Assembly (NCBI GenBank): GCA_000724175.1
Contig: JPGV01000018.1
Coordinates: 15,647 to 79,646, forward strand
From: [Candidatus Thermochlorobacteriaceae] bacterium GBChlB
Lineage (GTDB): Bacteria; Bacteroidota; Chlorobiia; Chlorobiales; Thermochlorobacteraceae
Reading direction: 5' to 3'
DNA length: 64,000 bases
Below, piece after piece: positions 26,347 through 36,233 of this stretch; position 1 is the first letter of the stretch; every line of letters begins with the position of its first letter. Under the pieces are notes generated by a model. It did not search any database, was not told the DNA's origin, and saw only the letters and a program-made list of their open reading frames with translations. Position numbers and translations under genes: made by a program.

Positions 26347-27585
26347 TTACGAATATCTCACCCACTTGACGATTTCGGCGAGCGATGGTTTTTTTCCATA
26401 CATCAACACCCCGATACGATAAATTTTGGAGCCAAGCAGCAGGACGAGGTAGAATGTTCCTATCATCAATGCCCAACTTATCGCAACTTGCCAGAACGGC
26501 ACTTCCGCGCTCGCAGTGCGTGCCATCATCAAAATCGGCGCGAAGAACGGCACCATTGAGAGCGCCACTGAAATCGGCGCGTCGGGCTTATTCAAGACCA
26601 GCTGTAGCGTAACCATCGGCACGATTACGAGCAATGTAATCGGCGTGGTGAGCGACTGCGCGTCTTGCTGGCTTTCAAATGCGGAGCCGACGGCGGCATA
26701 CAGCGTTGAATAAATTAAATAGCCTAAAACAAAATACACGACGAAATACACAAGCAGATGCGGCGCAATGTCGAAGCTCACCTGCGCCGTCGAGCTTGCA
26801 CGAAACGACGCTCCCGAAAACGCCAGTGAGACAACAATCCAAATGGCATACTGCGTCAGCGCAACAAGACCGATGCCGATGATTTTTCCAAGCATCAAGT
26901 CAAACGGCTTCACCGATGAAATCACGACCTCCATGACTTTGCTCGATTTTTCCTCAATGACAGACATCATCACAAACGCGCCGTAGGAGAGCATCGTGCC
27001 GTAAATCAGCATCACCATGACGATGGAGAGCAAATACTGGCTCAAGCCCGAATCATTTTTTTCTTTTTCGCCGGAAAGTTTTTGTGTCTGAAAGTCGATT
27101 GGTCTTTCAATCGCCGTGATTTCCGCGTCGGCAAAGCCTTTTTCTTTGAGCGTGAATCGATTGACCGCATTGCGCAGGGCGCGCGCGAGAGTGCTATTCA
27201 AGGTGAAGTCGGTTACGGTGCGTGAGGTGTAGGTCGCGATGTATTTACCTGCGGAATCCTGTTTGACGATAATGTAGCCAGTCAGTTTGCCTGCGTCTGT
27301 GTCTTTAATCAGAACTTGTCGGTCATTCTCGTCGGCAAAGGTTGCCGCAACCAGTTTGATGTTTGAACTTGAATCGAGCGCGTCGAGAATATAGCGTTGA
27401 AGTTTGCCTGTTTGGTCAATGACGGCGATGCGGGAATCGGATTTTGCGGTAAAAAACTGAATCGCCACCGGCACAATCACGAAACTCGAGAGCAACACAG
27501 GGATTAACACTGTGGCAATGATGAAGCCCACGCTTCGCACACGCTCCAAGTATTCCTTGCGAATGACAATCCAGACTTTGTTCAT
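26347..27585 (-). CDS. ABC-2 family transporter permease (NatB/YhaP-like)
   Basis: 412 aa with one N-terminal TM helix, a large extracytoplasmic loop and then 5 TM helices. The N-terminus IRKEYLERVRS is typical. Confidence 0.7.
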   Translation of the reverse strand: MNKVWIVIRKEYLERVRSVGFIIATVLIPVLLSSFVIVPVAIQFFTAKSDSRIAVIDQTGKLQRYILDALDSSSNIKLVAATFADENDRQVLIKDTDAGKLTGYIIVKQDSAGKYIATYTSRTVTDFTLNSTLARALRNAVNRFTLKEKGFADAEITAIERPIDFQTQKLSGEKEKNDSGLSQYLLSIVMVMLIYGTMLSYGAFVMMSVIEEKSSKVMEVVISSVKPFDLMLGKIIGIGLVALTQYAIWIVVSLAFSGASFRASSTAQVSFDIAPHLLVYFVVYFVLGYLIYSTLYAAVGSAFESQQDAQSLTTPITLLVIVPMVTLQLVLNKPDAPISVALSMVPFFAPILMMARTASAEVPFWQVAISWALMIGTFYLVLLLGSKIYRIGVLMYGKKPSLAEIVKWVRYS

Positions 27586-27652
27586 TGATGATGTGTTTGT
27601 ATTCGGTGTTGCCTGCCCGATTGAGCAGTTTTATGCGCAGGTTTTCCGCTGT

Positions 27653-28324
27653 TCAGTCGGGCTTGTAATTCAAAAAATCAATGAGCGGTTTCATCGCTTG
27701 AAACGCTTTCACGGCTTGCTTGACGAGCGTCTTTGCCTGTAAATCCTCATCAGTAAAGGCGGTTTCGGCGATAAATGATTTCATTTTCAAATACGCAATC
27801 GCGGGATTGTCGCCCGTGTAGCCTTTGGGCGGACGCGAGAGCGCGTTCTCGTCGCGCATGCCGTTTGGAAAGTTTTTTCTGAACGCGCGGCTTTCAACAA
27901 TATCTTGCCACTCGTCAAAGTTATCGGAGATGTCTTTGCGAATCCGTGCAAGCGTTGATGACATTGGCATATACAGTCCGCCGGCGGCGAAACTGGCACC
28001 GGGCTCGACATGAAAATAAAATCCCGCATTCTCACTCATATCTTTTCCGTTGCTGCTGATGGCGCAGGCGAGATTGGTTTTATACGGCGATTTATCTTTG
28101 GAAAACCGCACATCACGATTGATGCGAAATGTGCAATTTTTAACCTGCAGATTGGCGGCGGCGATGCTCTCATCAACCGCAGAAATGCCGTTAATGAGGT
28201 GTTGCACGAAGTTGTGAAAATCGGCTCTGGCATCGTCGTAACGCGCACGGTTTGCCTCAAACCACGCTTTGTCGTTGTGCTTTTTGAGGTCTTTGAGAAA
28301 TTTTAACGTCGACGATTGAAGCAT
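27653..28324 (-). CDS. DUF2461 (TIGR02453) family protein
   Basis: 223 aa with LKFLKDLKKHNDKAWFEANRARY and FRINRDVRFSKDKSPYKT. Confidence 0.75.
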   Translation of the reverse strand: MLQSSTLKFLKDLKKHNDKAWFEANRARYDDARADFHNFVQHLINGISAVDESIAAANLQVKNCTFRINRDVRFSKDKSPYKTNLACAISSNGKDMSENAGFYFHVEPGASFAAGGLYMPMSSTLARIRKDISDNFDEWQDIVESRAFRKNFPNGMRDENALSRPPKGYTGDNPAIAYLKMKSFIAETAFTDEDLQAKTLVKQAVKAFQAMKPLIDFLNYKPD

Positions 28325-28361
28325 CAGTTAAGCCAATGAAGCAAAATGGTCTCGCAAGTGA

Positions 28362-29825
28362 TTATCCGGCAATCATTCGGAAGAGCAAAAATAAACCGCC
28401 CGACAGCACAACGCACACGGGCAAGGTCAATACCCATGCCAGTGCAATTTTTTTCACGATGTCCAACTGCACCCCCGACTTTTGCGCGACCATTGTGCCT
28501 GCCACGCCCGACGACAAGACATGCGTCGTGCTGACGGGCAGCCCGGAGGCTGCTGCGATGCCAATCGTGCTGGCTGCAACAAGTTCCGCCGCCGCGCCTT
28601 GGGCATAAGTCAAATGCGCTTTGCCGATTTTTTCACCGACCGTTACGACGATGCGTTTCCAGCCGACCATTGTGCCAATGCCGAGCGATAAAGCCACTGC
28701 GACAAGCACCCACACGGGCGCGTAGTCTGTCATACTGCGCAGTTGCGCTCGATAGGTTTTCAAGAGCGTTGCCGATTCTGGCGATAGTTTCAACTTTTCT
28801 TCTTTTTGCAATTTCGAGAGCTGGTTATCGGCAAGCAAAATTCTTTTGCGAACCTCGAAGCGCTTGTCTTCGGGCAAGTCGCGCAGCGACGAGATGCCTT
28901 TAAGATAGCCGCGCACTTCCGAGAGTTCTTTTTGAATCAGCGCGATAACAGACAAATTTTGCGCGCCCGTCGAGACAGGCTGCACAAATGTTTGCGAATT
29001 ATCTTGAAGCATCAACTCGATTTGTTCGGCGGCAAGCACAGCTTCGGCGGTTTGTGCAGGCGTGCTGTCCAAATTGAGCGCGAAACTCGCTGGCAAGATG
29101 CCAATGAGAATGAGCATAATAAGCCCAACGCCTTTTTGTCCGTCGTTTGAACCATGTGCAAAACTGACGCCTGTGCAGGTGAGAATGAGCAACGCGCGCA
29201 CCCAAAATGGCGGCGGCGTCTCGCCTTCGGGCGCTTTGAAAAGTTCGGGATTTTTATCGAGAACGATTTTGGCAAGGAGCAACAGTCCCGCCGCAAGCGA
29301 GAAGCCGACGAGCGGCGAGACAAGTAGCGACAGTCCGATTTCGCCGGCTTTATTCCAATTAACGCCGCTTCCGAAGACATTGCCCGGCAGCATAGAGTTG
29401 GCAATACCAACACCCAAAATGGCGCCAATGAGCGTATGCGAACTGGATGCAGGAATGCCAAAATACCACGTGCCTAAGTTCCAAATCGCTGCCGAGAGCA
29501 AGAGCGCCATCACCATCGATAAACCAGCGCCGATGCCGCTCGCGACAAGCAAGTCAACGGGCAAAAGATTGATGATGCCGATTGCCACTGCAATCCCGCC
29601 CATAAAGACGCCGATAAAATTCCAGATGCCTGACCAGACGACGGATGGCACAGGCTTGAGCGACTTGGTGTAAATCACGGTTGCGACAGCATTTGCCGTA
29701 TCGTGAAAGCCGTTGATGAACTCAAAGGCACACGCAACGAGTAAGGCAAGAAACAAGATAACCAGCGTCCCAGCAGCAAGAGAACTGTTGAAAATGGCGT
29801 CCATAAAAATTGTCTCAGTTAACAT
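28362..29825 (-). CDS. Inorganic phosphate transporter, PiT family
   Basis: 487 aa with the PiT signature FINGFHDTANAVAT near the N-terminus and the symmetric GSNDGQK motif. A long central hydrophilic loop is present. Confidence 0.85.
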   Translation of the reverse strand: MLTETIFMDAIFNSSLAAGTLVILFLALLVACAFEFINGFHDTANAVATVIYTKSLKPVPSVVWSGIWNFIGVFMGGIAVAIGIINLLPVDLLVASGIGAGLSMVMALLLSAAIWNLGTWYFGIPASSSHTLIGAILGVGIANSMLPGNVFGSGVNWNKAGEIGLSLLVSPLVGFSLAAGLLLLAKIVLDKNPELFKAPEGETPPPFWVRALLILTCTGVSFAHGSNDGQKGVGLIMLILIGILPASFALNLDSTPAQTAEAVLAAEQIELMLQDNSQTFVQPVSTGAQNLSVIALIQKELSEVRGYLKGISSLRDLPEDKRFEVRKRILLADNQLSKLQKEEKLKLSPESATLLKTYRAQLRSMTDYAPVWVLVAVALSLGIGTMVGWKRIVVTVGEKIGKAHLTYAQGAAAELVAASTIGIAAASGLPVSTTHVLSSGVAGTMVAQKSGVQLDIVKKIALAWVLTLPVCVVLSGGLFLLFRMIAG

Positions 29826-29951
29826 GTGCGGCGAAACTAAACCGTCTAAGCGGTAAAAACGAATTTCAAATATACAGCGCGGGCGTGAAGAAAACGTGCG
29901 CTTAACAGTTCGATAAAATTGACGCTGCGTGCACAGAGTCCGACAGAAACG

Positions 29952-29975
29952 AAAAAGGCGCCTCGTCGGACGCCC
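29952..29975 (-). terminator. Rho-independent terminator after the STAS gene
   Basis: The minus strand reads GGCGTC-CGACGA-GGCGCC (6-bp stem including one G-U) followed by TTTTT. It lies 18 nt after the stop at 29993. Confidence 0.55.
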
Positions 29976-29992
29976 TTTGTTTCAAGGCGGGC

Positions 29993-30331
29993 TCAATTAA
30001 AACTGGCGACTGCGGCGTCAAGCGAGTCAAAGGTTTGGAAGACCTGCACAAGTTTTGTAATCACGAGCAGGCTCTTGATGCGTTCTGCTGGATTCGCCAA
30101 GCGCAGGTCGCCGCCGCCGTTTTTGATGCTGGTCAGCGCAGACGTCATCATCCCCAAGCCTGACGAGTTCATATACTCGACTTTGGCAAGGTCAATGATA
30201 AAGCGTTTATTTCCGTCGGCGAGCAAGGCGCGAAGTCGGTTGTGAAGTTCGTTGGCGTCGGGCCCGCCAAGCACATCGCCGCGCAGTTCAATGACCGTTG
30301 TCGAGCCGATTTTTTTTTCCGAATAGTCCAT
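29993..30331 (-). CDS. STAS-domain anti-sigma-factor antagonist
   Basis: Start at the internal ATG (MDYSEKKIGSTTVIELRGDV...). It has the SpoIIAA-like phospho-serine motif YMNSSGLGMM. Confidence 0.75.
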   Translation of the reverse strand: MDYSEKKIGSTTVIELRGDVLGGPDANELHNRLRALLADGNKRFIIDLAKVEYMNSSGLGMMTSALTSIKNGGGDLRLANPAERIKSLLVITKLVQVFQTFDSLDAAVASFN

Positions 30332-30354
30332 AGTGGTTTTTGCAGATATGAATG

Positions 30355-31278
30355 TTACCCTCTCAACTTGAATTTCGCGTTGGAGCGCAGTTGCCAATCC
30401 AACACAACCGAGGCTGCCACGAAAATAGACGAATAGGTGCCAATGACGATGCCGATGCCAATGCCGAAGGCAAAACTACGAATCGTCGGTCCTGCAAAAA
30501 TGAACAACACGACGACCGTGAGCAGCGTCGTCAGCGCGGTGATAATCGTGCGGCTGAGCGTTTCATTGATGCTGTCGTTGAAGATTTTCTCGTAGCTGTC
30601 GTTGCGCCGCACTTTGATGTTTTCTCTGATGCGGTCATAGACGACGACCGTGTCGGTAATCGAGTAACCGACAATCGTAAGGAAAGCAGCGATGGTGCTT
30701 TGGTCGACTTCGAGCGGCATAAAACTAAACGCGCCGCCAAGCAAACTAAACAAGCCGGCAACCACCAAGACATCGTGAAAAATTGCCATGACACCTGCCG
30801 CCGCGAACTTGAACTCGAAACGAATGCCGACGTAAATCAAAATCATGGCGAGCGCGCCAAACACGGCTTGCAACGCCGACCACTTCAAATCGTCAGCAAT
30901 GCTTGGACCAACAGCATCAATGCGCAGGATTTCGTGCGGGTTATCGGTAAAGTCGCGCGTCAGCACACGCGAGAGCGAGGCTTGAAGCTCGTTGAGGTCG
31001 CCGCTAAAATCCGTGGTTAAGATAATTTCGCGCGGGCTGCCGTATTCCTTAATTTGTCCGCTAATGTTTTGCGAGGCGACCGCACTGCGAACTTTGGCAA
31101 CATCGACCGGCGACTGAAAGCCGACCACAATTTCCGTGCCACCTTTGAAATCGACACCCAAGTTGAATTGACGCACAATCATTGACGCCAGACCGACAAC
31201 AAGCAGTGTAACCGAGATGATATAGGCGGTCTTGCGCTTGCCGATAAAATCAAAATTTGAATTTTCTAAAAAACGCAT
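30355..31278 (-). CDS. secF: Protein translocase subunit SecF
   Basis: 307 aa with FDFIGKRKTAYIISV, GVDFKGGTEI and the six-TM SecDF C-domain. It lies directly downstream of secD. Confidence 0.9.
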   Translation of the reverse strand: MRFLENSNFDFIGKRKTAYIISVTLLVVGLASMIVRQFNLGVDFKGGTEIVVGFQSPVDVAKVRSAVASQNISGQIKEYGSPREIILTTDFSGDLNELQASLSRVLTRDFTDNPHEILRIDAVGPSIADDLKWSALQAVFGALAMILIYVGIRFEFKFAAAGVMAIFHDVLVVAGLFSLLGGAFSFMPLEVDQSTIAAFLTIVGYSITDTVVVYDRIRENIKVRRNDSYEKIFNDSINETLSRTIITALTTLLTVVVLFIFAGPTIRSFAFGIGIGIVIGTYSSIFVAASVVLDWQLRSNAKFKLRG

Positions 31279-31311
31279 GTTTCGAAAAATTGACGATTGA
31301 TAAGAGACCCA

Positions 31312-33177
31312 TCAGCCGAAACTGACTTCGCTAACTTTGTTTTGTTCCAGCATCCAATCGAAGACGACTTTGGTGATAACAATTGCGGTAAAGAGGCTTG
31401 CTGCAATGCCAATCATCAGCGTTACGGCGAAGCCTTGAATCGGACCGATGCCGAAGGTGTAGAGCAACGCGGCTGCGCCGAAGGTGGTAACGTGCGAATC
31501 CAAAATCGCAGAGAAAGCGCGGTTGTAGCCAAGTTCAAGTGCGAGTTTTGGAAGTTTGCCGCGCGACGACTCTTCACGAATGCGCTCGAAAATCAGCACG
31601 TTGGCATCAACCGCCATACCAATGGTCAGCACAAGTCCCGCAATGCCGGGCAGCGTGAGTGTTGCGCTGAACCCCGCCAAAAACGCAATGACGAAAATGA
31701 TGTTGAAGAGGAGCGCGAAATCAGCAATAAATCCAGCCGTGCGGTAATAGACAATCATAAATAGCGCCACAGTTGTAAAGCCAAACAGCACCGAGAACAA
31801 TCCCGCGCGAATGGAGTCTGCGCCGAGCGACGGTCCAACGGTGCGCTCTTCGGTAATTTGAACTGGTGCAGGCAACGCGCCTGCCTTCAAGACAATTTCC
31901 AAATCCTGCGCTTCTTCAATGCTCGACAGCCCGTTGATGACCGAACTGCCGTTGGGGATTTTTGATTGCACAACAGGCGCAGAGAACACAGAACCGTCCA
32001 ACACAATCGCAATTTGTTTGTCAATGTTCGCGCCCGTTACGCGCGCCCATGTTTTCGTGCCGATGTCGTTCATTTTCATCGTTACCTCAGGACGCGAGGC
32101 GTCGGCACTAAAAGTGGCGCGGGCATCGGTAATCACACCGCCTTCCAACTCTGCTTCGCGCTTCAAGGGATAGAGACGAAAAATTTTTCCGCCCTCGGTT
32201 TCCATAGCGCGTACATCGAGCAGAAATTCCAAATCGCTCGGCATTTTTGCACGCACGTCCGCTCGGCTGAAAATCGATTGAATTTTTGGCTTGGCAACCT
32301 CGCTTACATAAAAGATGCCAGAGCGTGGGTCGACGATAATGCCGTCGTCGCTGTCGCCGATGGCAAAGAGCGGATTCTCTTTCTTCAATTGCTCTTGGGA
32401 TTTGAGCGAATCGGGCAGCGCAGCGAGCGAGTCCGCTCTGGCAATAGAGGCAGAGTCGGTGCCAATGTCTTTCAAGCGTTCCTGACGAGCTAAGTATTTA
32501 TTCACCTCTTGCAATGCTTTAAAGCCAACATCAGCGTCGCGCACAAGTTTAAATTCCAACTTCGCCGTGCCTTTAAGCAATTTGCGCACCCGCTCTTTGT
32601 CGGAGACGCCGGGCAGCTCGACGATGATACGGCGACCGCCCTTCGTAGTGATAGACGGCTCGGCGACGCCGAACTGGTCGACGCGATTGCGGATAATTTC
32701 TTTGGCGCGTGTTACTGCGTCTTCCGCTTCCTTGTTGAGCCGCTTGACAATCTCCTCGTCAGTGTCGCGCAGGTCGTAGAAATACCGCCCCATTCGAATA
32801 TCCTGTCTCTTAAACTCTTTTGCCATCAGCACCGGAATTGGCTCGCTCGATGTTTTGGCTTGCTCACGCACGACGGCGATGGCTTTGTCAAACGCCTCGT
32901 CCCGGCTGCGGGCTTTGGCTTCCAAAAGTCCCAGTACATCGACCTCCAAAACGGTGTGAATGCCGCCTTGCAAGTCAAGACCAAGTTTCAGGCGCTTTTC
33001 TTGCGCTTTCTCAATACTCTTGCGATTTTCTTTGACAAAGGCAAGGCTGTCTTCAGGCGACCCAATGGCTCTGAGGCGCTGGGCGAAATTGTAATCTTGA
33101 TACGTCGGAAACAAAAACCAGCCAGAGAGGGCGATGAACGCGACGATGAGAATGATGCGAGATTGATTGTTTTTCAT
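31312..33177 (-). CDS. secD: Protein translocase subunit SecD
   Basis: 621 aa with LGLDLQGGIHTVLEV, IAIVLDGSVFSAPVV and GPSLGADSI, plus the TM bundle. Confidence 0.9.
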   Translation of the reverse strand: MKNNQSRIILIVAFIALSGWFLFPTYQDYNFAQRLRAIGSPEDSLAFVKENRKSIEKAQEKRLKLGLDLQGGIHTVLEVDVLGLLEAKARSRDEAFDKAIAVVREQAKTSSEPIPVLMAKEFKRQDIRMGRYFYDLRDTDEEIVKRLNKEAEDAVTRAKEIIRNRVDQFGVAEPSITTKGGRRIIVELPGVSDKERVRKLLKGTAKLEFKLVRDADVGFKALQEVNKYLARQERLKDIGTDSASIARADSLAALPDSLKSQEQLKKENPLFAIGDSDDGIIVDPRSGIFYVSEVAKPKIQSIFSRADVRAKMPSDLEFLLDVRAMETEGGKIFRLYPLKREAELEGGVITDARATFSADASRPEVTMKMNDIGTKTWARVTGANIDKQIAIVLDGSVFSAPVVQSKIPNGSSVINGLSSIEEAQDLEIVLKAGALPAPVQITEERTVGPSLGADSIRAGLFSVLFGFTTVALFMIVYYRTAGFIADFALLFNIIFVIAFLAGFSATLTLPGIAGLVLTIGMAVDANVLIFERIREESSRGKLPKLALELGYNRAFSAILDSHVTTFGAAALLYTFGIGPIQGFAVTLMIGIAASLFTAIVITKVVFDWMLEQNKVSEVSFG

Positions 33178-33379
33178 TGATGAACATGCTCAAAAAGTAA
33201 ATTCCACGCGCTGCCGAACAAACCCCTGCAACGGCGACAGGCTGAAAAAAATTGAGCCGCGAATATACAAAACGACGTTCTTTCACCAAAGCCCAAGCTG
33301 TATGGGTTTTAATCGCTCGGTTGCCGTCAATCAATGCCGCTCGATGACACCGAATGTTGAAAAAGCGAGGCGCTGTTTT

Positions 33380-34141
33380 TCAATGACACGCCTTGTTGTA
33401 TTTGCGCAGTTTGAAGTAGTTGTAGGGAAGCGGCACCGCAAACCCCGCCGCAAGCGAGGCAGCAAGTGCGCCCCAGAAATACGGCTCGTGTGGCATCGCT
33501 GTTCCGCCCGTCAAAAAGTAATCTGTTGCGTTTTCCGCAAGTTCCATAGCCAGCATCGACAGAAAACTCATCGAGAGGGCCGTGTGGAGCGCAGTCGTCC
33601 AATCAAATTTTTCGCGCAGTTTGAGCAACACGGTCTCGAGCATGACCGACGTCGTTAAGCCGCAAAGCATAGCAACGCCCATAATCGCCACCATTGACCA
33701 CGGCAAGCGTGCTGCCTGCGCATAGATGATAAACCCGAAATCGCCAATCGAGCAGCCGATTAAACAGTTCAATGTGTTAAGCGCCGCGCGTTTCCACACG
33801 GCAGTGTCTTGCCAAAATTCAGCGTCAATGACGCGCGGCGTTTTTGTTGCAGGCGATTCAAGAACGGGCAACGCTAAGTGAAACAGCGGTAACTCGCCCG
33901 TCCATTCCGAGACACGGTAATCCCCGACTTTTTCAAGCATAGCATTGAGGGTTGAGATGTCAATCGGTTTTGAGGTGATGAGCACCGCTTGCGGCGGCGA
34001 CAGCGTTACGCTGGCGGATTCAACACCGTCAAGGGTCGACAAAACTTGCGTTACGCTTTGGACGCATCCATTGCAGTGCATTCCCGAGACGCGCAACTTC
34101 CATTCATCTACACGAGGAGCGATGCGTTCCGTTGTGTGCAT
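33380..34141 (-). CDS. Heavy-metal-associated (HMA) domain fused to a DUF4396 membrane domain
   Basis: N-terminal HMA with the GMHCNGC metal site. The C-terminal polytopic part contains NCLIGCSIGDFG. Confidence 0.65.
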   Translation of the reverse strand: MHTTERIAPRVDEWKLRVSGMHCNGCVQSVTQVLSTLDGVESASVTLSPPQAVLITSKPIDISTLNAMLEKVGDYRVSEWTGELPLFHLALPVLESPATKTPRVIDAEFWQDTAVWKRAALNTLNCLIGCSIGDFGFIIYAQAARLPWSMVAIMGVAMLCGLTTSVMLETVLLKLREKFDWTTALHTALSMSFLSMLAMELAENATDYFLTGGTAMPHEPYFWGALAASLAAGFAVPLPYNYFKLRKYNKACH

Positions 34142-34158
34142 AAGTTCTCCGTTTAACT

Positions 34159-34596
34159 CTATTTTGAAATGACTTCGACGCGGACTTTGGCGACCCCCTG
34201 CGCGACCAACTCAATCTCGCGCGCGGCGGCAAGCGAGAGGTCTATGATGCGCCCCTTGTTGTTCGGTGGCATTCGGTCGTTGATGCGTACCGTGATGCTT
34301 TTGTTGTTAGAAAGGTTCGTTACGCGCACCACTGTTCCAAACGGCAAACTGATGTGTGCCGCCGAGGGCTTATTCATATCGAAAATTTCGCCGTTGCTTG
34401 TCTTTCGTCCGTGAAAGTCGGCAGCGTAGTAAGTCGCCAGTCCCTCCTGGCTGTATTCAGCGGGCGGCGTTGCAACGGGCGTGGAGTCTTTTTTCGGCAT
34501 CGCGGGTTTCGCCTCCGACGATGTAAATCGCGCCACCGAGCGACACGCCGACACGCTCGCGGCAACGATAAGGAAAAATGCAACTGAACGACTCAT
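34159..34596 (-). CDS. rlpA: Septal-ring lytic transglycosylase RlpA-family lipoprotein (DPBB domain)
   Basis: Lipobox-like VSAC. The DPBB motif is [22 protein letters not shown]...[16 protein letters not shown]...VRINDRMP. Start at the internal ATG 34596; the track start is 34620. Confidence 0.75.
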   Translation of the reverse strand: MSRSVAFFLIVAASVSACRSVARFTSSEAKPAMPKKDSTPVATPPAEYSQEGLATYYAADFHGRKTSNGEIFDMNKPSAAHISLPFGTVVRVTNLSNNKSITVRINDRMPPNNKGRIIDLSLAAAREIELVAQGVAKVRVEVISK

Positions 34597-34669
34597 CTCT
34601 AAATGGCATTTGGTGAACATACAAAAATTTTTGTGCCTGCTTGACTTTGAATCCCAAATGCAAAATCCG

Positions 34670-34677
34670 TATCTTCA
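34670..34677 (+). promoter_or_regulatory. Candidate -7 box (TATCTTCA) for bioY
   Basis: The 14-mer aaaatccgtatctt (34662-34675) is identical to 16445-16458 upstream of the MFS gene. A TTTG lies at 34646-34649, and ATG 34710 is 32 nt downstream. Confidence 0.35.
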
Positions 34678-34709
34678 GTTTTGGCTCAATCAATAAAAAA
34701 AGATACACA

Positions 34710-35261
34710 ATGCAAGCCGCGCTTTCGCAAACGATTTCTTCACCCATAGTTCGCCAAACGCTGTTCGTGATGCTCTTCGCGGCGCTTACCGCGCTCGCCG
34801 CTCAGATTGAAATCCTGCTGACGCCCGTGCCGATTACGATGCAAACGGCGGCAGTCTTGGCGTCGGGAGCGCTGCTCGGCGCACGGCTTGGCGCATACAG
34901 CCAAATCGCGTATCTCGTTGCGGGATTGTTTCTGCCTGTCTATTCAGGCGGCGGTATGGGCATGGAAAAACTCTTCGGCGTAACAGGCGGATATTTATTT
35001 TCATTTCCCATCGCTGCGTTTGTGTGCGGATTACTCGTCCATCGCGCATCGTCGTTCCTGATGCAATTCGTAATGGTTTTCCTATCGAGCCTTGTTACAT
35101 TTGCCTTGGGAATGACATGGCTGAAAGTCGCGCTGTCGCTCTCTTGGGAAGCAGCATTTATGCAGGGCGTCGCGCCGCATCTGTTGGGCGATGTGATTAA
35201 GTGCGGCATTGTAACCACGCTCTGCGCGGCAACTCATCGATTCGGCGCTATCAAGTCGTAA
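34710..35261 (+). CDS. bioY: Biotin transporter BioY
   Basis: Start at the internal ATG. The BioY pattern is TPVPITMQTAAVLASGALLGARLG...GGYLFSFP...HLLGDVIK. Confidence 0.8.
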   Translation: MQAALSQTISSPIVRQTLFVMLFAALTALAAQIEILLTPVPITMQTAAVLASGALLGARLGAYSQIAYLVAGLFLPVYSGGGMGMEKLFGVTGGYLFSFPIAAFVCGLLVHRASSFLMQFVMVFLSSLVTFALGMTWLKVALSLSWEAAFMQGVAPHLLGDVIKCGIVTTLCAATHRFGAIKS

Positions 35262-35339
35262 GGCAACGATTGGCGCGCGCGATGCGTTTAGAAGTTTGAA
35301 ACAACACTAACTTTAATCTTTAATCAGGAGGATTCAGAT

Positions 35340-35705
35340 ATGACAGAAGTAATGGCTCCGGTCGCTGAGACAATGCCCGCCGTTGTGAATTTGACGGAAA
35401 GCGCGGCAAAAGAAGTGCGCCGCATTATCGCGGACAATAAAATTCCCGAAGGCTTCGTGCTGCGCGTAGGTGTTACTGGCGGCGGTTGCTCTGGGATGAG
35501 CTATGCACTTGGCTTCGACCAACCGAAGGAAAACGACGATCGCTTTGTGTCGCAGGGCGTTGAAATCATCGTCGACCGTCGTCATCAAATGTATTTGGCG
35601 GGAACACAGATTGATTTCATGGACGGCTTGCAAGGTCGCGGATTTACATTCAGCAACCCGAATGCGACGAAGACATGCGGTTGCGGCAGTTCGTTCTCGG
35701 CATAA
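35340..35705 (+). CDS. Iron-sulfur cluster insertion/assembly protein (IscA/HesB/ErpA family)
   Basis: 121 aa with GGCSGMSY and a C-terminal CGCGSSF. The Shine-Dalgarno sequence aggagg lies upstream. Confidence 0.85.
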   Translation: MTEVMAPVAETMPAVVNLTESAAKEVRRIIADNKIPEGFVLRVGVTGGGCSGMSYALGFDQPKENDDRFVSQGVEIIVDRRHQMYLAGTQIDFMDGLQGRGFTFSNPNATKTCGCGSSFSA

Positions 35706-35731
35706 CGCAAGTTGTTTTTTCTGACATGGTG

Positions 35732-35764
35732 AAGCGTCGGGGGCAGAAACCTCGGCGCTTTTTT
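35732..35764 (+). terminator. Rho-independent terminator after the IscA-like gene
   Basis: GCGTCGGGG-gcagaaa-CCTCGGCGC forms a 9-bp stem with two G-U pairs, followed by TTTTTT. It overlaps the stop of the convergent DUF2721 gene. Confidence 0.6.
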
Positions 35765-36233
35765 ATTTCTTCTGCATACTTTCCGCCTCGCGCTCGATGA
35801 CGCCCAGTTGCAAACTTCTTATTGCCAAAAAAATCTCCCGTAGAAATAATAACAAGCCAGCAATGACTGCCAACGTCGCCAAAATGAACAGTGAGGCAAT
35901 CGTATTTGAAAAGTCGCGGTCGATAAAGCCGCCGATGAAGAGAAACGCGATGACGAGGCAAATCAGCAACGCACCGCCCGTGCAAAAGGCAATCGCTCGT
36001 TGAATCAACTTTGCGCGCACAACCAACACATCGAGTTCTTTAATCAGCCGTTGCGTTTCTTTAAACGGTGCGTCCATCAAGCCATCTTCGATTTTGCGAG
36101 CGCGGTCAACGATGCGTCCAAGTCGCGTGCTCAACACGCCAAGCAGCGAGGCAATGCCAGTGAGCAAAAATACAGGCGCAACGGCATACTGAATCTCGCG
36201 GGCGATGTAAAATACTTTAGGTTCGGGCGGCAT
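35763..36233 (-). CDS. DUF2721 domain membrane protein
   Basis: TM-amphipathic-TM-TM layout (APVFLLTGIASLLGVLSTRLGRIVDRAR...). Start uncertain: internal ATG 36233 is preferred and the track start is 36374. Confidence 0.55.
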   Translation of the reverse strand: MPPEPKVFYIAREIQYAVAPVFLLTGIASLLGVLSTRLGRIVDRARKIEDGLMDAPFKETQRLIKELDVLVVRAKLIQRAIAFCTGGALLICLVIAFLFIGGFIDRDFSNTIASLFILATLAVIAGLLLFLREIFLAIRSLQLGVIEREAESMQKK

